Shown here: piece after piece, positions 12,293 to 26,413 of the stretch
How positions within the stretch are numbered: position 1 is the first letter of the stretch
Layout of the letters: each line of letters begins with the position of its first letter
NCBI GenBank assembly: GCA_017654855.1
Contig: CM030332.1
Coordinates: 5,952,001 to 6,016,000 of the forward strand
Source: Podospora anserina
Lineage: Eukaryota
Direction: 5' to 3'
Length of the DNA stretch: 64,000 bases
Translations under genes and position numbers: made by a program
The notes under the pieces: generated by a model
What the model was told of the DNA's origin: nothing
Databases searched by the model: none
Seen by the model: the letters and a program-made list of their open reading frames with translations, nothing else

Positions 12293-14294
12293 TAGTTAAG
12301 AAACCCCAATTCATCATATTTTTGAACATCTTTACCTTGAATTATCTGTGCTTTCTCATCAACCCCATCTTATTCAATTCATTCCACTCTCTTCACATAC
12401 CCACTTCTTTGCCTACATCAACTCCACCTTACCAAATACCACTTCATTGTTGCAGTATGTGACGAGCACTTGACCAAGCAGGCGGGATTCAGGCAAGCTA
12501 TTATTGTGAGAAATTCTTTCCTTAACCGATACCACGCTAGCTTGTTCCTGGAGGGTGTGGTGGAGGCCCCGTATTCGCTTAGTGTAGCCTGGCATCTAAA
12601 CTTGGTCACAGCGCATGTCCTGCATTAGCGTATCCAAGCTGTCGGGTCGCCAGGCATTGCTCCTGGGGTGCTAACTCTCCCACCCCATTTAGCCGCCTCC
12701 TCACCTGCAGGCAGAGTAACTCATTGACTCCCCAAAATCCCGGAGCATACCAGACTTTCTGGTCTTTCAGCACGATAGAAAAGAGACAGGTTGCACAAAG
12801 GTTTCCATGCAAAGTCAAATATGTACCAATTGATGATTAGAAATCGATCTAGGGTATTAATTCCCTGCATGTTCAGCCAGACAGAACTTCATGACATTCA
12901 GCTTTATACAGCGTTAAAACTGATACCAAACAACGCTCTATTGTCTAAACTCCCCTTTGGCGCTTATTAGGCGCCCCCCAAGCCATAACCTCAATTTCCA
13001 ATGTTAGCTCTCGCTGCGTTGAAACCTTTCCATTATTGCTGTCGTCGTTTCCATCCCTCCTGACCCGGTTGTCTAATTTTTCTGTCTGCATTGGTCGAGT
13101 TAATGGATAGTTTTATCGCGTTACCGCCGGCTGGAAGATCGGAATGCGTGGAACAAGGGGTCTTAAAGAGTGAATAGGCGGGAGGATTCGGATCCGTGAG
13201 TCTCTGAAGCAATCTTCCGGAAACCAGGTCATTGTTTGGTCCGAGATTGCCGAGGAGCCAATCTTGAACAAATTGAGATTTCTGACAAGGGCGGTTTGAA
13301 AATTCTTGACGTTTGCCATGTTGGACGTTCTCAGTCGACCGTGGTTGTACACCCGCCATTGGAGATCGTTCTTTTGAATCAAATCAACTATGGTAATTTG
13401 GGTCAAGTGTCACAGACTATATAAGCAGGCTGTGGGTTATATTCATCCAGATCGGTATACACGGAGGCTGCGGCGAGTAGAGCTGGTGCAGAAAACGGGC
13501 GATAAGGGGGAGTTGTTGCCGTCAACCTAGCGGTCAGGCGATGGAGTCTATCTGCAGGTAATTTGCGGGGGGGAAGTGGGGTGGTATTGCAGTGCCTACT
13601 GGTGTATGCTACGTGGATATGCCTGCTAGTTGAGACCCACCGTAAGACGGAACTCGCTCCCCATCCTAAAAGGCTCCAAAATAGGCGGTGGACACAACAA
13701 GCGTCAGTGGTTGCGAGAAGTCGCCACTGCCACCAAGGACACCTTTCGGTGAGATCTGGCGGATCAGAAGGATACTGGGCGGAAGTACATTCCTTATGCA
13801 CCAAATACAAACAAAACACTTGTTAAAGTCCCGTTAGGAAATGACAACAAGGACTTTGGCAGTAGTCTGGGCATCTTGCCGCCATGGTGTTCATTGGGTT
13901 GGGGGGAAAAGTGACTCCCCAACATCCATTTTAAATGTAGGTACTTTGCTGCTTGGAATAGTAATTCAATTCAACTAATGATACTTAGTGACCTGAGGGT
14001 CCTTGATGGTGATCCTTTTGGCTGATTAGTCTGCCACTTTCCACGCGTGTTTATCCTTCTTCTTGTGGCTCGTGCCATGATGGCCTCAGGCACCATGCCA
14101 AGGTCTGATTATTCCATGGTCTTAGTCCTGCCTCCACTTCTCAACGACTGGCTCAGAGCCTGCAGTTACTCCTCACAGTGGTGTGATGTTGGTCGTGGCC
14201 AAGGCTTGTTGGTAGTTGACGTGTGACATTGGCAGGATCAGTTAATAGCGGGAAACACGAGCACTACACGTAGAGAATCTTTGAAGGATAATCC

Positions 14295-14455
14295 AGGGGG
14301 GAAATCCCGATGGCTCGGCCAAGAATTTTAAGCCCAGTTTTAGCTGGCGGTACCCTGGTTTAAGTGGAGTGCACGCAGAAATAGCGCTCTGGTAAATCGA
14401 TAGCGCAGTGGCGATGACTGGCGGTTCCAGACTGTCGGGACCAAAGTAAGACCGA
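14295..14455 (+). repeat. Diverged ~150-bp direct repeat, partner at ~20165-20320
   Basis: Core cgatgactg(g)cggttccagactgtcgggaccaa near-identical at 14412-14444 and 20279-20310; upstream flanks alignable with mostly transition differences. Confidence 0.8.
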
Positions 14456-16020
14456 ATAGCAATTACCGTCACAGTGTGTGGGGTGTACTGTGTAGTATAT
14501 ACCGTATTTGTCGTCATACAGTAGCGCATCCAGAGTATCGGGTCGCTTTAACCAATCAGCTTACGTGACATGTTGTCAGCAAGGTCGATCGAAAGCTAGC
14601 AATGACGTTTAAAGAAGTTTTCGAAATCGAGCAAAGCCGTCTGACGTTTCATCAAGGTGATACATATTTCACACCACAGATAAGCACAGTTTCGGATATT
14701 TAAGTCCTTCACTATCCCTCTTCGTCTCATCTACCCTCTTATTTTTTCAGTCCGGTAAATACCACAACAAATCAATAGAGGGCCTCTTAAGCACTTACTT
14801 CCGGTGCCCTACCTGTGAACGGCAGAAGATCGGCTGAGAACTGAGGCTTGACCCAGTCACGAGTCGTGCTGAAGTCGAGATACAAAAAGGGAACGGAAGT
14901 AGTGCCAGTTTTCCAATTACATTAGTCCAATGAAGCCGTCGTCGCGATTCTGCAAACCGACGGCACCTCTCACCTATCTAGGCCTTTGAGCCTTAGGTTC
15001 GAGCCGTTACATCTGCCTTCGGCGGAAGCAGCAGTCTTCGGTTCAGCTCTTCCGTCTATTTCCAAGGTGACATTAACGTTGGAGTCAAGTGTAAGGCAGA
15101 GGGTTGCTGGGCCACTGCCGCGAAGGAGCTGTTGCGACATCATGTGTGAACCTAACTTGCACAACTTCCGTGCTTCCGAGTTCAAACAGCATCCTCGCCT
15201 CTGGCGCTCATAGCAGTCAGGATGCCTCGACGGATGTATCCGCAACGGGAGATGCGGGTATGATTTCGAGACGCTAAGATGCGAGATCGGGTATGGGGGC
15301 GACGGAGGGCGGCCGGCATTCGCTGAAAGAGCCTCGACATGTGCAGAGAGCCGGCGCCGGCGTCCTCGGCTTACCCGGTAGTCGGCGGTATCCGCATCTT
15401 GGCGGGGTCTGATGCTCGTCAGCACCAAGGATAGTGCGTGGTGGTTGTGATGGTGTGGTATATGCAAAGGGTCAGAAAGTGCGTGAGGGTAAAGCGTGAG
15501 TGGTATCGTTGACTGGGACTGAGTTGGAGGGTTGGCGGTCGAGTCTGAGTCCTGAGAGCGTGTGCCGGTAAGAACTTCGGGGGTCAAAGATGTCTTGTAT
15601 AGGTCGCGCTCCGTTTCCAGTCCTAGCAGGCCGTCTCCGTTAGGATCGCGTCGTTCTTAGGTAGCAGACCCTCGGGTTGCTAGGGTTTGAGATTAATCCC
15701 TACCTAAGTTGAGCAACTACGAGAGCCCCTACCAGGTTAGATCGAGCTTGGTTCTGTCTCTCTCCACATTGCATTGCATATCACTCGATAAGCAGAGATT
15801 CGAAAACTCATGTAACTAGGGGCGGCATTTTTGGCTCCCGACCGAACCTTTGATTTCCCATCCACATTCACCACCGAAAGGCTGCTCTTCTGTCCGTGCC
15901 AGGTGTCCGTGATATTTTGAAAGATTTGGAGCCGGAAATGGACATCGCTTAAACTAGTGATAAATAACCCTTAACCTCGGACAATCACACTCGCTATGCA
16001 GTCAAAAGCAACCAACTAAG

Positions 16021-19000
16021 ATGCAGCGATCAGATATTCTCCAAAGGGAGTGCGAATTAGCGGCAGAGAGAGTAAACAAACATTGGGGCACTGCTAGTAT
16101 CGATGTCGACATCCTTGATTTCCCATCTGGTGAAGATAAAGAAAACGTGGAGATTCTTGCTGGTTTATTTAAAGATGATTTTCAAGGGCTGAACCCTAAA
16201 TATTATATTCCCGCGAAAATAAGTAAGCAGGACCTCGATGCGGCTCTGCTAGCATCAGGAGTCCCTAGACAGAAACTGCTGGACGGTCCGGCTCCGGGGA
16301 GCGGCTATCCGAATTTAATCTTTCCTCCCGGGTTTCGTCTGCAATGCCTTAGGGGCCGAAGTCGGGCCGAGGCAGTTAAAAAGGCCTTGCCTTCAAGAGC
16401 CAGGCGCTGGGTTGTAGACCTCTTTCACTCAGGTATTCAGCCCCAGACGGTGCAAAGACCCTAATACTCATGTTATCTCTAGACATCGATCTTGCTTTAG
16501 AGACTACCCTCATTGAGGAGTATTCGGCAGAGAAAGACCCAGACCACGGCGAGCTCTATTGCAAAATTCGCCGGTACCAAGGCTATAGAGGACCCGGAGA
16601 TCCCTTCCTAGAGAAGAGATGGTGGGCTCGTTTGGAATACATCTCCAAGAGCAAGGCTAAGAACACGAAGCCCAAGACCGAGATCAAATCCAAGGGAGCC
16701 ATGTTTAATAACCTCAAACAGATATTCCGCAACCCAGAATTCAGGGAGCAGTTCGACATCCAGCTAGATATACCAGGGCTAAGCAGCGGTATGAAACTAA
16801 CCGTAACTCACAAGATGTTTGCCGACTGGCTACATGATGTAAGTCAGCATCCCAAACGTTACCGGACAGAATGTTAAGTTGATAAAGTTATGCCTGAATT
16901 ATCTGCGGTTTTGTCGGAGCGTCTGGCTTGAGGGTATATGCGCAAAGGATCCAGACACCATGCGGAGGATTGATCCAGGCACAGTCAGGGCTGTGGAGGG
17001 CACCGCGCCAGGGTCGTGCCAGAAGGACAAAGAACAGCTCTATGCAAAGTTGCATACCGGAGAAATCTTTGGCGAATTCAACGAACAAGAACGAAGTATT
17101 ATGTGGAGAAGACTGCTCTCTATTAGTACCAATCGCTTGGTGCCCTCATTATCTACCTTTTTCGAGGACCTCAACTGTCTGGAAGGCCCGCTGGGATGTC
17201 TGTCGAGCTTGATACGTCGTTTTCCAGGGGAAAGACTGAACTCTGCCTTGTCGCGAATGTACACGGGCGTAAATCAGGAGCCTGGCTATGTTAAGATCCA
17301 AGAATCCGATTCTGTAATTGCACTTGTTCCAGGAGGCGAGACGGACAGGTTAGATCTTGGGATCCGTCAGGGCTGGATGATCGCGATGCGGAAATGGACA
17401 GAAATTCCTCCAAAGCGTAAAAAGAATGACTGCATTCTTCGAGAAAACCTGGTCCACAAGGAAAATCCTAGAGCTATCCACGAAATTGCTACTCTGCTTC
17501 TCGAACTAGGGTTCGAATCTGAGGAAATCCATGATGTGCTGCGCGTTTCTCCGGAGAGCATAATTGCGCAAAACGCACTATTAGAGGCTCGGCCCCCTGG
17601 CCGGTTTTCATACGAGAGCTCTGACTTCGAGTCTCATAGAAGCCAGATGATAAAATTCTTCCGAACAGCCAGGGAACTGCCAGTGGAAGACGTTATCATG
17701 ACTGCGGAGCTAGATAACGTGGTGGAGTCGCCAACGAGGTGCGGAAAGCCCTCGGTGGCCGAGCGGAAACAAACGAATCCGCTATTTTTCGCAGATAAGC
17801 TACACTGCCAAGAGGATTTAAACGCGGTCACACCGTTCTTTGTGCGAAGATCTGTGTATCTTGCCTTCTTCGGCATGCCTAATTTCAACCATGCAAACAC
17901 CAGCCCCAGGCGAAGGTCAAGGCCGGGAAACAGATTGGCCGACGAAGAGACTCAACACCTGCCACGGCAGGGGCAGGTGCATGAGGGAAGGCTACTAGAG
18001 GAGATGCAACGTGAGTTGGAAGAAAATCGACAGAAGTTGGAGGAGGAGAAAAGGAGTTTGGTACAAGAGGCACAGCAACTAGAAGACAAAAAGCGGAAAC
18101 TGGGACAGGACAAGAACAACCTGGACAACGAAGTCCAACATAGGCTAGAAACGGAGGAGAAGAGGCTTATTGAGAAGCTCGACGAGGAATTTAAAGTGAA
18201 ATGGGAGAATGAAGAGAAGAGGCTTACGGACAGCATTAAGTTACAGCTCCAGAACCAACTTGGAGAAGAGAAGAAGAAGATACGCGGAGAATTTGCGGAA
18301 GAATTAAACCGGAGGTGTCAACAGTATAAGGATCAGCTTAAATGCGAAGCACAGCAACAGCAAGAACAAGAGCGAGAATACCAGCGGTGCTTAGAGGAAG
18401 ACATTAGGAGACTACAAGAAGAAGTTCTCTTTCAGCCGGAGAGCGGGAGGAAAACGCACGAGCAAGAAGCCCAAGAACTCCGAGAGGAGGCTGAGCAGCA
18501 CCCGAGAGAAATAATAGACTTAGAGGAACGTATCCAATACGATAAGCAAAATCGAGAGGAAAAGAAACAGCTAGAGGAACAGCTTCAGCAGCTCCAAGAT
18601 AAGGACGCGCGGCTTCGGTACGAATGCCGACAGCAACTAGAGCAACATAAGAAGAATCAGCAGGAAATAGAAAAAGAGAAAAAGCAACTAAGCGACGAAC
18701 TTAAACAACTTAAAAGCGAAAACGCGCGGCTTCATTACGAATACCAACAGCAATTCGAACAATATAACAAGACCCAGCAAGAAGCAGAAAAAGAGAAAAG
18801 CCAGCTAAGTGGCGAGCTTCAACAACTCCGAAATAAAAACACACAGCTTCTTCACGAATACCAAGAGCAATTAAAACAATATAACAAGAATCAGCAAGAG
18901 TTAGAAACGGAGAAAAGGCAGCTAAATAACCAACTTTACGAACAGCGACAGCAACTAGAACAATATGAGAAGAGTCAGCAGGAAGCAGAAAAAGAGAAAA

Positions 19001-20082
19001 GCCAGTTAAGTGAGCAGCTTCGAAACCTCCTAGAGGAGAAAGGGAAAGTCCAACAGGAGTTTCAGAAGCTCCTGGAAGTGAAAACGGAGCTAGGGAATCA
19101 GCAAGAGTTAGAAAAGGAAAAAAGACAGCAAAATAACCAACTTCATAAATATCGACAGCAACTAGAACAATATAAAAAGAGCCAGCAGGAAGCAGAAGAA
19201 GAGCAAAGGCAGCTAAGTGACCAGCTTCAGGAATACCGACAGCAACTAGAACAATATGAGAAGAGTCAACAGGAAGCAGAAAAAAAGAAAAGGCAGTTAA
19301 GTGAGCAGCTTCGAAACCTCTTAGAGGAGAAAGGGAAAGTCCAACAGGAGTTTCAGAAGCTCTTGGAAGAGAAAATGGAGCTAGAGAAAGGGAGGGGACG
19401 GCAGAAAGCTCAGCAAGTAGTAAGGTTTAAGCAAGCGGAACAACAAGAAGAGATATCGAACTTAAACGAAAAGTTACAAAACGATAACTCAAGCGGGGAT
19501 GGGGGACAGCAGAAAGCAGAACAAGGAAAGGAGCGGGGGCAACTGAGCGGGAAACAGTCGCCGATGCAACGTAGCTCCTCTATACCCCTGGAGGGTGCAG
19601 ACAGTCAGGCCCAGGATGACAACCAAAGCGGCCAGCCCCACTCAAAACCCAGGGAAAACAGTTCAAACTTAGCAAAGAGCAATTCCCGAGCCAACGGAAA
19701 AAGAATCTTGCAGAAGCTCAAACAGCAGGCCGACGAGGCCCGGGAAAAGAACTGGCGGGTAAACCAAGAGCCTGCCCCAACGGTGCAGAGCCAACAGCCC
19801 GCCACAGAAGAACGAGATCAGCAGCAAGAGGAGGGAGAGCAGAGTGAGACGAGTGGACAAAAGCCCCCCGCTCTGTCACGAGCAAAACAAATACGTAAAG
19901 CGAGGGGTTTACTAGCTGCTTGGCGAGAACGAGCCACACAAACCAAAGATCAGAACTCTATAGAGGTTTCGCCTTCGACACTCACAGAGGAAAGCGATTC
20001 GGCCAATGCAAAAGGCGCCCCGGTCACTCTAACTGACGACGAGGGGGTTACCCCCCAAAAGAAGCGGAAAAGAACTTCCTAG
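16021..20082 (+). CDS. DUF3723-like protein (Starship-associated family) with long Q/E/K coiled-coil C-terminus, about 1320 aa
   Basis: Motifs CLRGRSR, WVVDLF, EEYSAE..DHGELYCKIRRY, EKRWWARL, EGTAPG, LVPSLSTFFEDL, FFVRRSVYLAFFG; exons 16021-16432, 16483-16838, 16888-20082 splice in frame; ends in NLS-like PQKKRKRTS. Confidence 0.85.
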
Positions 20083-21063
20083 GTAGCAATACAAGACCGC
20101 CGAGGTGCATAACTACCTTACGCTAGGTAGTGTAGCTTTGAAAGTGCCAACAGATGGCGACCCGCAGGCGGAATCCTGATGCCTTTGGCAAGAGCTTTAG
20201 ACCCAAAACTGGCAGTATCCCGGTTTAGGTGGAGCATATGCACAGATCGCGCGTTCTAGTGAACTGATGGTGCACTCACGATGACTGCGGTTCCAGACTG
20301 TCGGGACCAAGCCAGGCCGCTTCAGGATTGCGGCCCGAATCTCCTCTGTCAAGCGAGCAGTGCATACGAACTATTTAAACTGTTGGTCTATCAACAATAC
20401 GCGCTGTCTCAAATGGGGTTTAAGGTCAGAGTCAGCAATAGCAAAGAGCGGGCTGCACAAGAGAATCCATTATCCGCGCGAAGAGCCTCAAATAACAACA
20501 GCCCCTAACGCTCACCTTCGTCAGCTAGTGTCTTTTTAAGTTGAATCTTCTGAGGCTCTCTTCTATTCCCTGTTTATACATCTCGCTGTATCGATACACA
20601 CTTTATTTTATGCCTCTGTTACTGCCTGCCTAACTTCCCGACCCATTTTTATTTAACATACTTATTCCCATAACAGCCCTATAGTGGGTTCCTTACCTGC
20701 CCGAACTAGCGATAGGCCCCTGCTAGAAGGATGCTATGCCAAGGTGCACTGCATGTTCAGTGCAGGTATCCTCAACAGGGTATTTATAGATGCGTACCGC
20801 CTCTCTAAATTACAAGTCCGAGCGCCGAAAGCTCTACGGCTATTAAGGCTCAGGATCCCCACAGACCAAAAGACCTGACACCAACCTCTCGCTAGCAATG
20901 AGCATCTTCATTTACCATCAGGAATAACTCAGACCAACCTTTCACCATACGCATCCTTAGGTAGAAAGCATCGAAGCTACGTTCTTCACTAGTAGAAGAT
21001 AACCATCTTCGGGGGACACACCTTTATCGTCGTCTCCGCTAGTATCTACCGAGCTAGGAGCTA

Positions 21064-21208
21064 TAAGGTATAACGTGCGCTTGCCTAAGCCCCAGACAAA
21101 GAAACTGTCACTAACACCTTTCCAGTGCTGTGACTGTATCTCACGACCCGGAGTCAGGTATGCCAACCATGGGCCCACCATCTTTGACGAACAGTGTATA
21201 CTTATTTA
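21064..21208 (+). repeat. ~145-bp near-identical direct repeat of 39130-39274
   Basis: Same sequence taaggtataacgtgcgc...gtatacttatttat; here it lies just upstream of the C2H2 gene ATG. Confidence 0.92.
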
Positions 21209-21219
21209 TAATAATAGCG

Positions 21220-21868
21220 ATGGAATCTGGAAGCAGTCTTTTGCCCTCTGATATCTACAAGTTGAATGCCCGAATGCAAACAACGGGAAGCGGCTCCGAA
21301 CCTGTTTATTCACCCGTGGCCGGCCTAACAGCGAGCTCGTCGGCAATGCTGGCGCCATCCCAGGCAGTATTGGTAGCCGAACCTCCGTTTTATTCTCTGC
21401 CATTGTGGTCATCTTTTCTGGGGACTCAGAGCTATCAACTACAGCATGAGCCGGACACCTACCAATCTGCCCCGAGACCACCGTCACACTATATGTATGT
21501 TTCTAATGCCTTCTTGACAAGCTTCTGGCTTCCCTACTAACGCTCAATTTAGCAACACGCCGGTTATGGGTGGCCCAAGCCTGGGAAAGTTTCCAGTTCC
21601 ACCATTGATGGGGCATAATGGTGGACAGGCACGAGCGGTGCTCAGTCCGCGGACACCGCAGTGTTGGGAGCATGGATGCAATGGCCGCTCGTTTTCTACC
21701 TTTAGCAACCTCATCCGGCACCAGCGTGAAAAGTCGGGACAAACGACGAAGGCGACCTGCCCTGAATGCGGTAGGGAATTCACACGGTCGACGGCAAGAA
21801 ACGAGCACTTGGCCAAGAAAAAGTGCAAGGTAGGGGCAACGGGTACTCGCAAGTGGCCCACTAGATAA
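21220..21868 (+). CDS. Fungal C2H2-type zinc-finger protein, 2 exons
   Basis: [26 protein letters not shown]...[17 protein letters not shown]; intron 21495-21552 (GTATGT..CTAAC..TAG) keeps frame. Confidence 0.8.
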
Positions 21869-24294
21869 CCACAACCCCAACAGTTACAGAGGAGCTATCT
21901 AGCAGCTATGGCGTTTAATAGACCGGAATACGAGCCGACGGGATAAAACAAGTCGGGACTCTGCTATAAGCACTGGGACCCCTTTCATCTCGAGGCTTTA
22001 TCTTAGCCGAGGTTTTCGTCTTGTAGATAGTTCTTATTTCTTTTCATCTTTCGCTTAGGATTTGTTCAATAGACATAGCGGTGAGCTAGTTATTAACCTT
22101 GGACACCCTTGTTTACACCAACCCCCTCCCGGCCTTGTTGCACTATGGCAATCTGGAAGCACAAAAGCAGCAGTACAGCTAAGTCACTTGGCCGGTCTTT
22201 TCATGACCTTCTTGTAACTCGGTAGCAACTCGAGAAATTTCGGGAGACCGGAGCGGTAAATATGCCCAGATATGCAAAGAGTGGACTAGGAGGCACTCTA
22301 ACGAAGTTGGAAGCAGTGGACGCCAAAACGCAATATACGCCAACGACGCAGGTGACGACGAGTCATATACCTAGTCAAAATGTGGAAGAAATAGGGCCCT
22401 GTATTTTAGTTCTGATGTTTCTGGAGTATATTACGTACGATAAAGAACGTGCTAGGCCCTAAATACTATTCTTCAGAAGCTCCCTTCAACTCTATCCCTT
22501 TCAGAGGCCCTGATCAGGGGCTCGTCACACCGCAGCCTGGAAGCTGTCGAGATTTCATTATATTCACAAACATCTGCCATGTTAAAATGTGGAAGTGGGG
22601 CGCTCTTTTGAAATGACGAAGTGTTGCGCCAAGCTCTGGGGAACTGCTTATAGCCTCAGGTTGTAACAGTGATCGGATTCGATTTGTGCCGTTTCACAAG
22701 CTTGGCAAGGCGATCTACGGTTTCCGTGATCGTGAGCCTCTTTGCATATATATTGGTCTGGATTCCTACGCTCTTTGGCTTTTGTTTTGTACGGTAAAGT
22801 CAATATTCACTCATTTGGTACTGGATTTCTCCCTCCACATAAAATTTACAAGTTATTTTCAACTTTGCATACATAACCGAGCTTGTAAGGACCAGGAATA
22901 AACGAATGCGGTTGAGGTACCGCTTGTTAGTTGCACACCTTGTAAGCGAGTCCAAAAACCCAACATTACGTAACTGTACGCAAGTATCTTGAAACAGCTC
23001 GGTGACCCGTAAGGTAGTGAAATTAATTGTTGCTCGATTAGCCTGCCGAGCAATGACTTGATACATGGAAGGTAGTTGTTTGCGGTCGAACATAGGTACC
23101 AAGGCTTGTGCACGGCTGGACGTTAACTGCGGAGAGCTCATCCGCATCTAAACCAGAGGGCCGGCTGCAACTAGAGACCGAAACCGACGGGACGTAAACC
23201 CGTCAACAGAAACTCAACTCAGGCAAGCAGCTCCAGAATAACACACAACAATTGTCCCCACCAGCAATTTCATGCAAAGACCAAATCTCTATACGTCAGT
23301 TAACACAGAGATGTGACAGCCATAACTGGCTCCTATAAACCCGCCAAGATATGCAACTGCCTGGCTCTAAGTTACAGCAGTTACACTACCATATGAATCG
23401 GCTCCTTAACCTGTACCGTAAACTAGTCCGCAATTAGTTTGTAGCACGTGAGGGTGTTTATGGATCCGATCCATATAGCAGCGCAGGTCACGTGTGGGTT
23501 ACGCGGGTGGGTGCTTTCGCAGGCCCAAGCTTGGTCATGTCTAAAGCCCTGCTTGCAGCCAGGCATTGTTTACTTTCCTTTTTCTCTCTTCAGCTTACTA
23601 TTCAATAAAATTGGTCAGACTTATCGTAGCTTACCTTGACTATCTACCTCTCTCGTGACTCAGTCTTTCATATGAAACCACACATTTTCGATCGGGCTAA
23701 GGTCTGGGCTCTTTGCTGGCTAGTTTAGCTGTTAATTTCCTAGGCTGGCAATGTACGGCAACAGGGAGATGCCTTATCCTCTTAGAAAAATGGAGATGTC
23801 CTGCTTCCTTCTTCTATAATAAAACATTAAACCGTTAACAAGCGGGCGGAAAGAAGACACTGGGTTCGGCCATCTCTTTTGCGACACGCTAACTGCGGGG
23901 ATACGCAGCTCCCTCATAACGCCCACAGCGGTCACAAGGAGCTACAAAGTTCTCATACAAGCCACTGTGGCCAACTGAACCGATGGAAGTTGTGAGGAGC
24001 GATAAGGAGGAAAACAAGGTCTTGGATACCCATAAAAGGCTCCCCTCGCAGTGTATTTGGAATGGTCTTTTCTTTACTTTCTTAAAACGGTCAAAGTCAA
24101 TAGCTATACTGGTTTACCACACTTTTGTCCAGAGCATAGTTTCCTGTAGTTCAGTGCCTGCCATTCTATTTACAGGGCATAGTTCCCTATACTTGCCTTC
24201 CTTCGATATCACCTCACGCCGTCGTACCTCGCAGTCCAAGGATCCCAGAGTCTTCAGGTAATTGCTTCCGACTTACCCGGCAGGGCCTAATCAA

Positions 24295-26022
24295 CTAGCC
24301 TGCCGGCGACATATCTTGACACCTACCAACCTTAACTACGACGAAACTGTCCCTGTCTGTAGGCGACCCGTCTATACCCTTCTCTAAATCACCTATGTCG
24401 CTTGAGGAAACCGGTGGCTGGCTCGGTCCCTCTTCGATATCATCGACATCTTCTAACCACGTTCTTCCCTCCCACTTAACCTGGATAGTCGTAGTGACTT
24501 GGATGTTGCCTTCCACTGGCTCGTTCTGAATCGTAGAGCAGGCCCTGTTTACATCTTTACCTGTGGGTCCGGCGCTTATATTTGATAACTGCTTTTGCGG
24601 TTGAAATGTGGTGATCCTGTTAGGTAGTTGGATATGTGGTGGCATAGCATTATTTCCATTCATCTCCTGGGAAATCCTGCGGCGCGCGTTGACTAGTAAG
24701 AGTCGCAGGGGTGGTAGGCTCCCGCAAAATATGGCGCAGAACTGCTCGATGGCGGACCAGATGACAATGTCAACGTTGTCCCAGGTCGCATCATACGTGG
24801 TGCTGTATTGCACGACGTACTTCATCCGTATCATCGAGGTGAAACAGGCGCTACGATAGGTTAGCCTACGTGGAGACGGTGGCGCAGCGGGAACTACGTA
24901 CAATGAGCCGATACTGAATATTGCCAACACCGCTAGTCGTTGACGGCGATCAATTCTCAGTTTCCACACCTGTGGGACTGGTAGGAGAAGAATGGCAACG
25001 TCCTCCAGGATACTGAGCGCGCCACTGCTATAGGAAATGGCAGTCGCGTCTAGGCACTTGCGACTGACGACGTAACGATCCCAGATCGAGTAGACAGGGA
25101 GACACTGCAAGGCAGTAAGAAGCGTATACAGGATGCCATGGCAGGCAAGAAAGGCGCTCAGTATGTTAACTGCATATTGTAACCTCGGTGCAGGAAAGAG
25201 GCGCCCATACACAAGCAGGATGGAAATCTTGCCAGCAACGAGGAGGATCATGTAGACCATCGACTCAGCGTAGAATAGCTGGTCTGTAAGCTCAGAAGTG
25301 GAGGGATGGGTGCGTAAAATCTCACCTTGAGAATTAGAATGCCGTTGCCAGTTGGTATTGTCCAGTAGTGCATGCCTAGGCCTAGATGTGCGCTGTAGAG
25401 ATCGATAATGGCGAGCGCAGCGAGCAAGATCTGGAAAGCCGTCAGCGCCGAATCTGAACCTTCCGGACAAGGAAGATACCAACGGCAGCGAAGATCGTTG
25501 CATAGTCATCGACCCATAGTCTCTTAGTATAAGCCATTCTAGTATACAGCCGGAGCGCGATAATCGGGAAGACTATGGAGCAACCAATGATTACCGTCCG
25601 CATTACCTCCCGGCTCCTTGATGCCTTGGGAAAATCGGCACATAATTCAGTCTCTAGTTTCGCTGCGTCTGCGAACGGTCAGAGAGTTTTTTTCACAGCG
25701 GTGATATACAATAGCCACTACTTACTTACTTGATCTGCGTATAAGCAGCTCGTCTGCGTGCACGTAGATAACTCAGATTGCAGGGTGATGTTTGTGCAGA
25801 CATAGGATGCTACGTCCGCCAGGTCGCCGCTGAAACCAACAAGAGCATCAATGATGCAGCCGTGCTGTTTATGTGGGTTAGATGACTATGAAATGCAGCA
25901 GGACCGATACCTACAGTACACGGAGGGGCCTGGGATAGGATATCTGCTGGGGAAGAATCGTGTGCGTGGGTGAGCCATGTAAGGTAGGATAGCAGACAGA
26001 GTACAAGAGGTGGAGATTGCAT
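24295..26022 (-). CDS. CFEM-domain PTH11-like membrane receptor, multi-exon
   Basis: Signal peptide, Cys-spaced CFEM-like exon (PPC..CIID..VCTNITLQSELSTCTQTSC), LRLYTR..LWVDDY, KISILLVYGRLF, EDVAILLLPVP, WSAIEQFCAIFCGSLP. Confidence 0.85.
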
Positions 26023-26413
26023 TGTGGGTTGCCGCGGTGCTTTACATTTGTCCCTGCTAAGTGAGGGATGAGCATGCGGACGGAATATGGAAATCTGTGG
26101 GAACCTTAAGCGTTACGAAGATCCAGAAACCGCTAGTTGCGAAGCTCCAAAAGCGGCTTTATGCTGCTGGAATGCGAAGGAACCAAACGACCCACCCGGG
26201 GCGTGGAAAGTGGCCCAGGCGCTTTGATTGTCACGTCAAGGAGCTGGAGTGGAGCGTATAGCTCTAGAAATGAGCTCTAGTTTATACCGCGTGGCCCGCT
26301 AACTCTATAAATCGCAGGGCAACCACGCCTTTCTGTTTAACAGCTTCTAAGGTGTATCTTGAGCCAGAAAGTTCTAAACGATACGTCTTTTTTCGTAAAG
26401 AATATCAATTCCT

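Noticed and set aside
12400-15600. Degenerate retroelement or gene
   Set aside because: Only short ORFs with no motif I can recognise
22213-22529. Solo LTR (TGTAAC...GTCACA)
   Set aside because: Flanking 5-mers differ (cttct versus ccgca) and there is no second copy in the window
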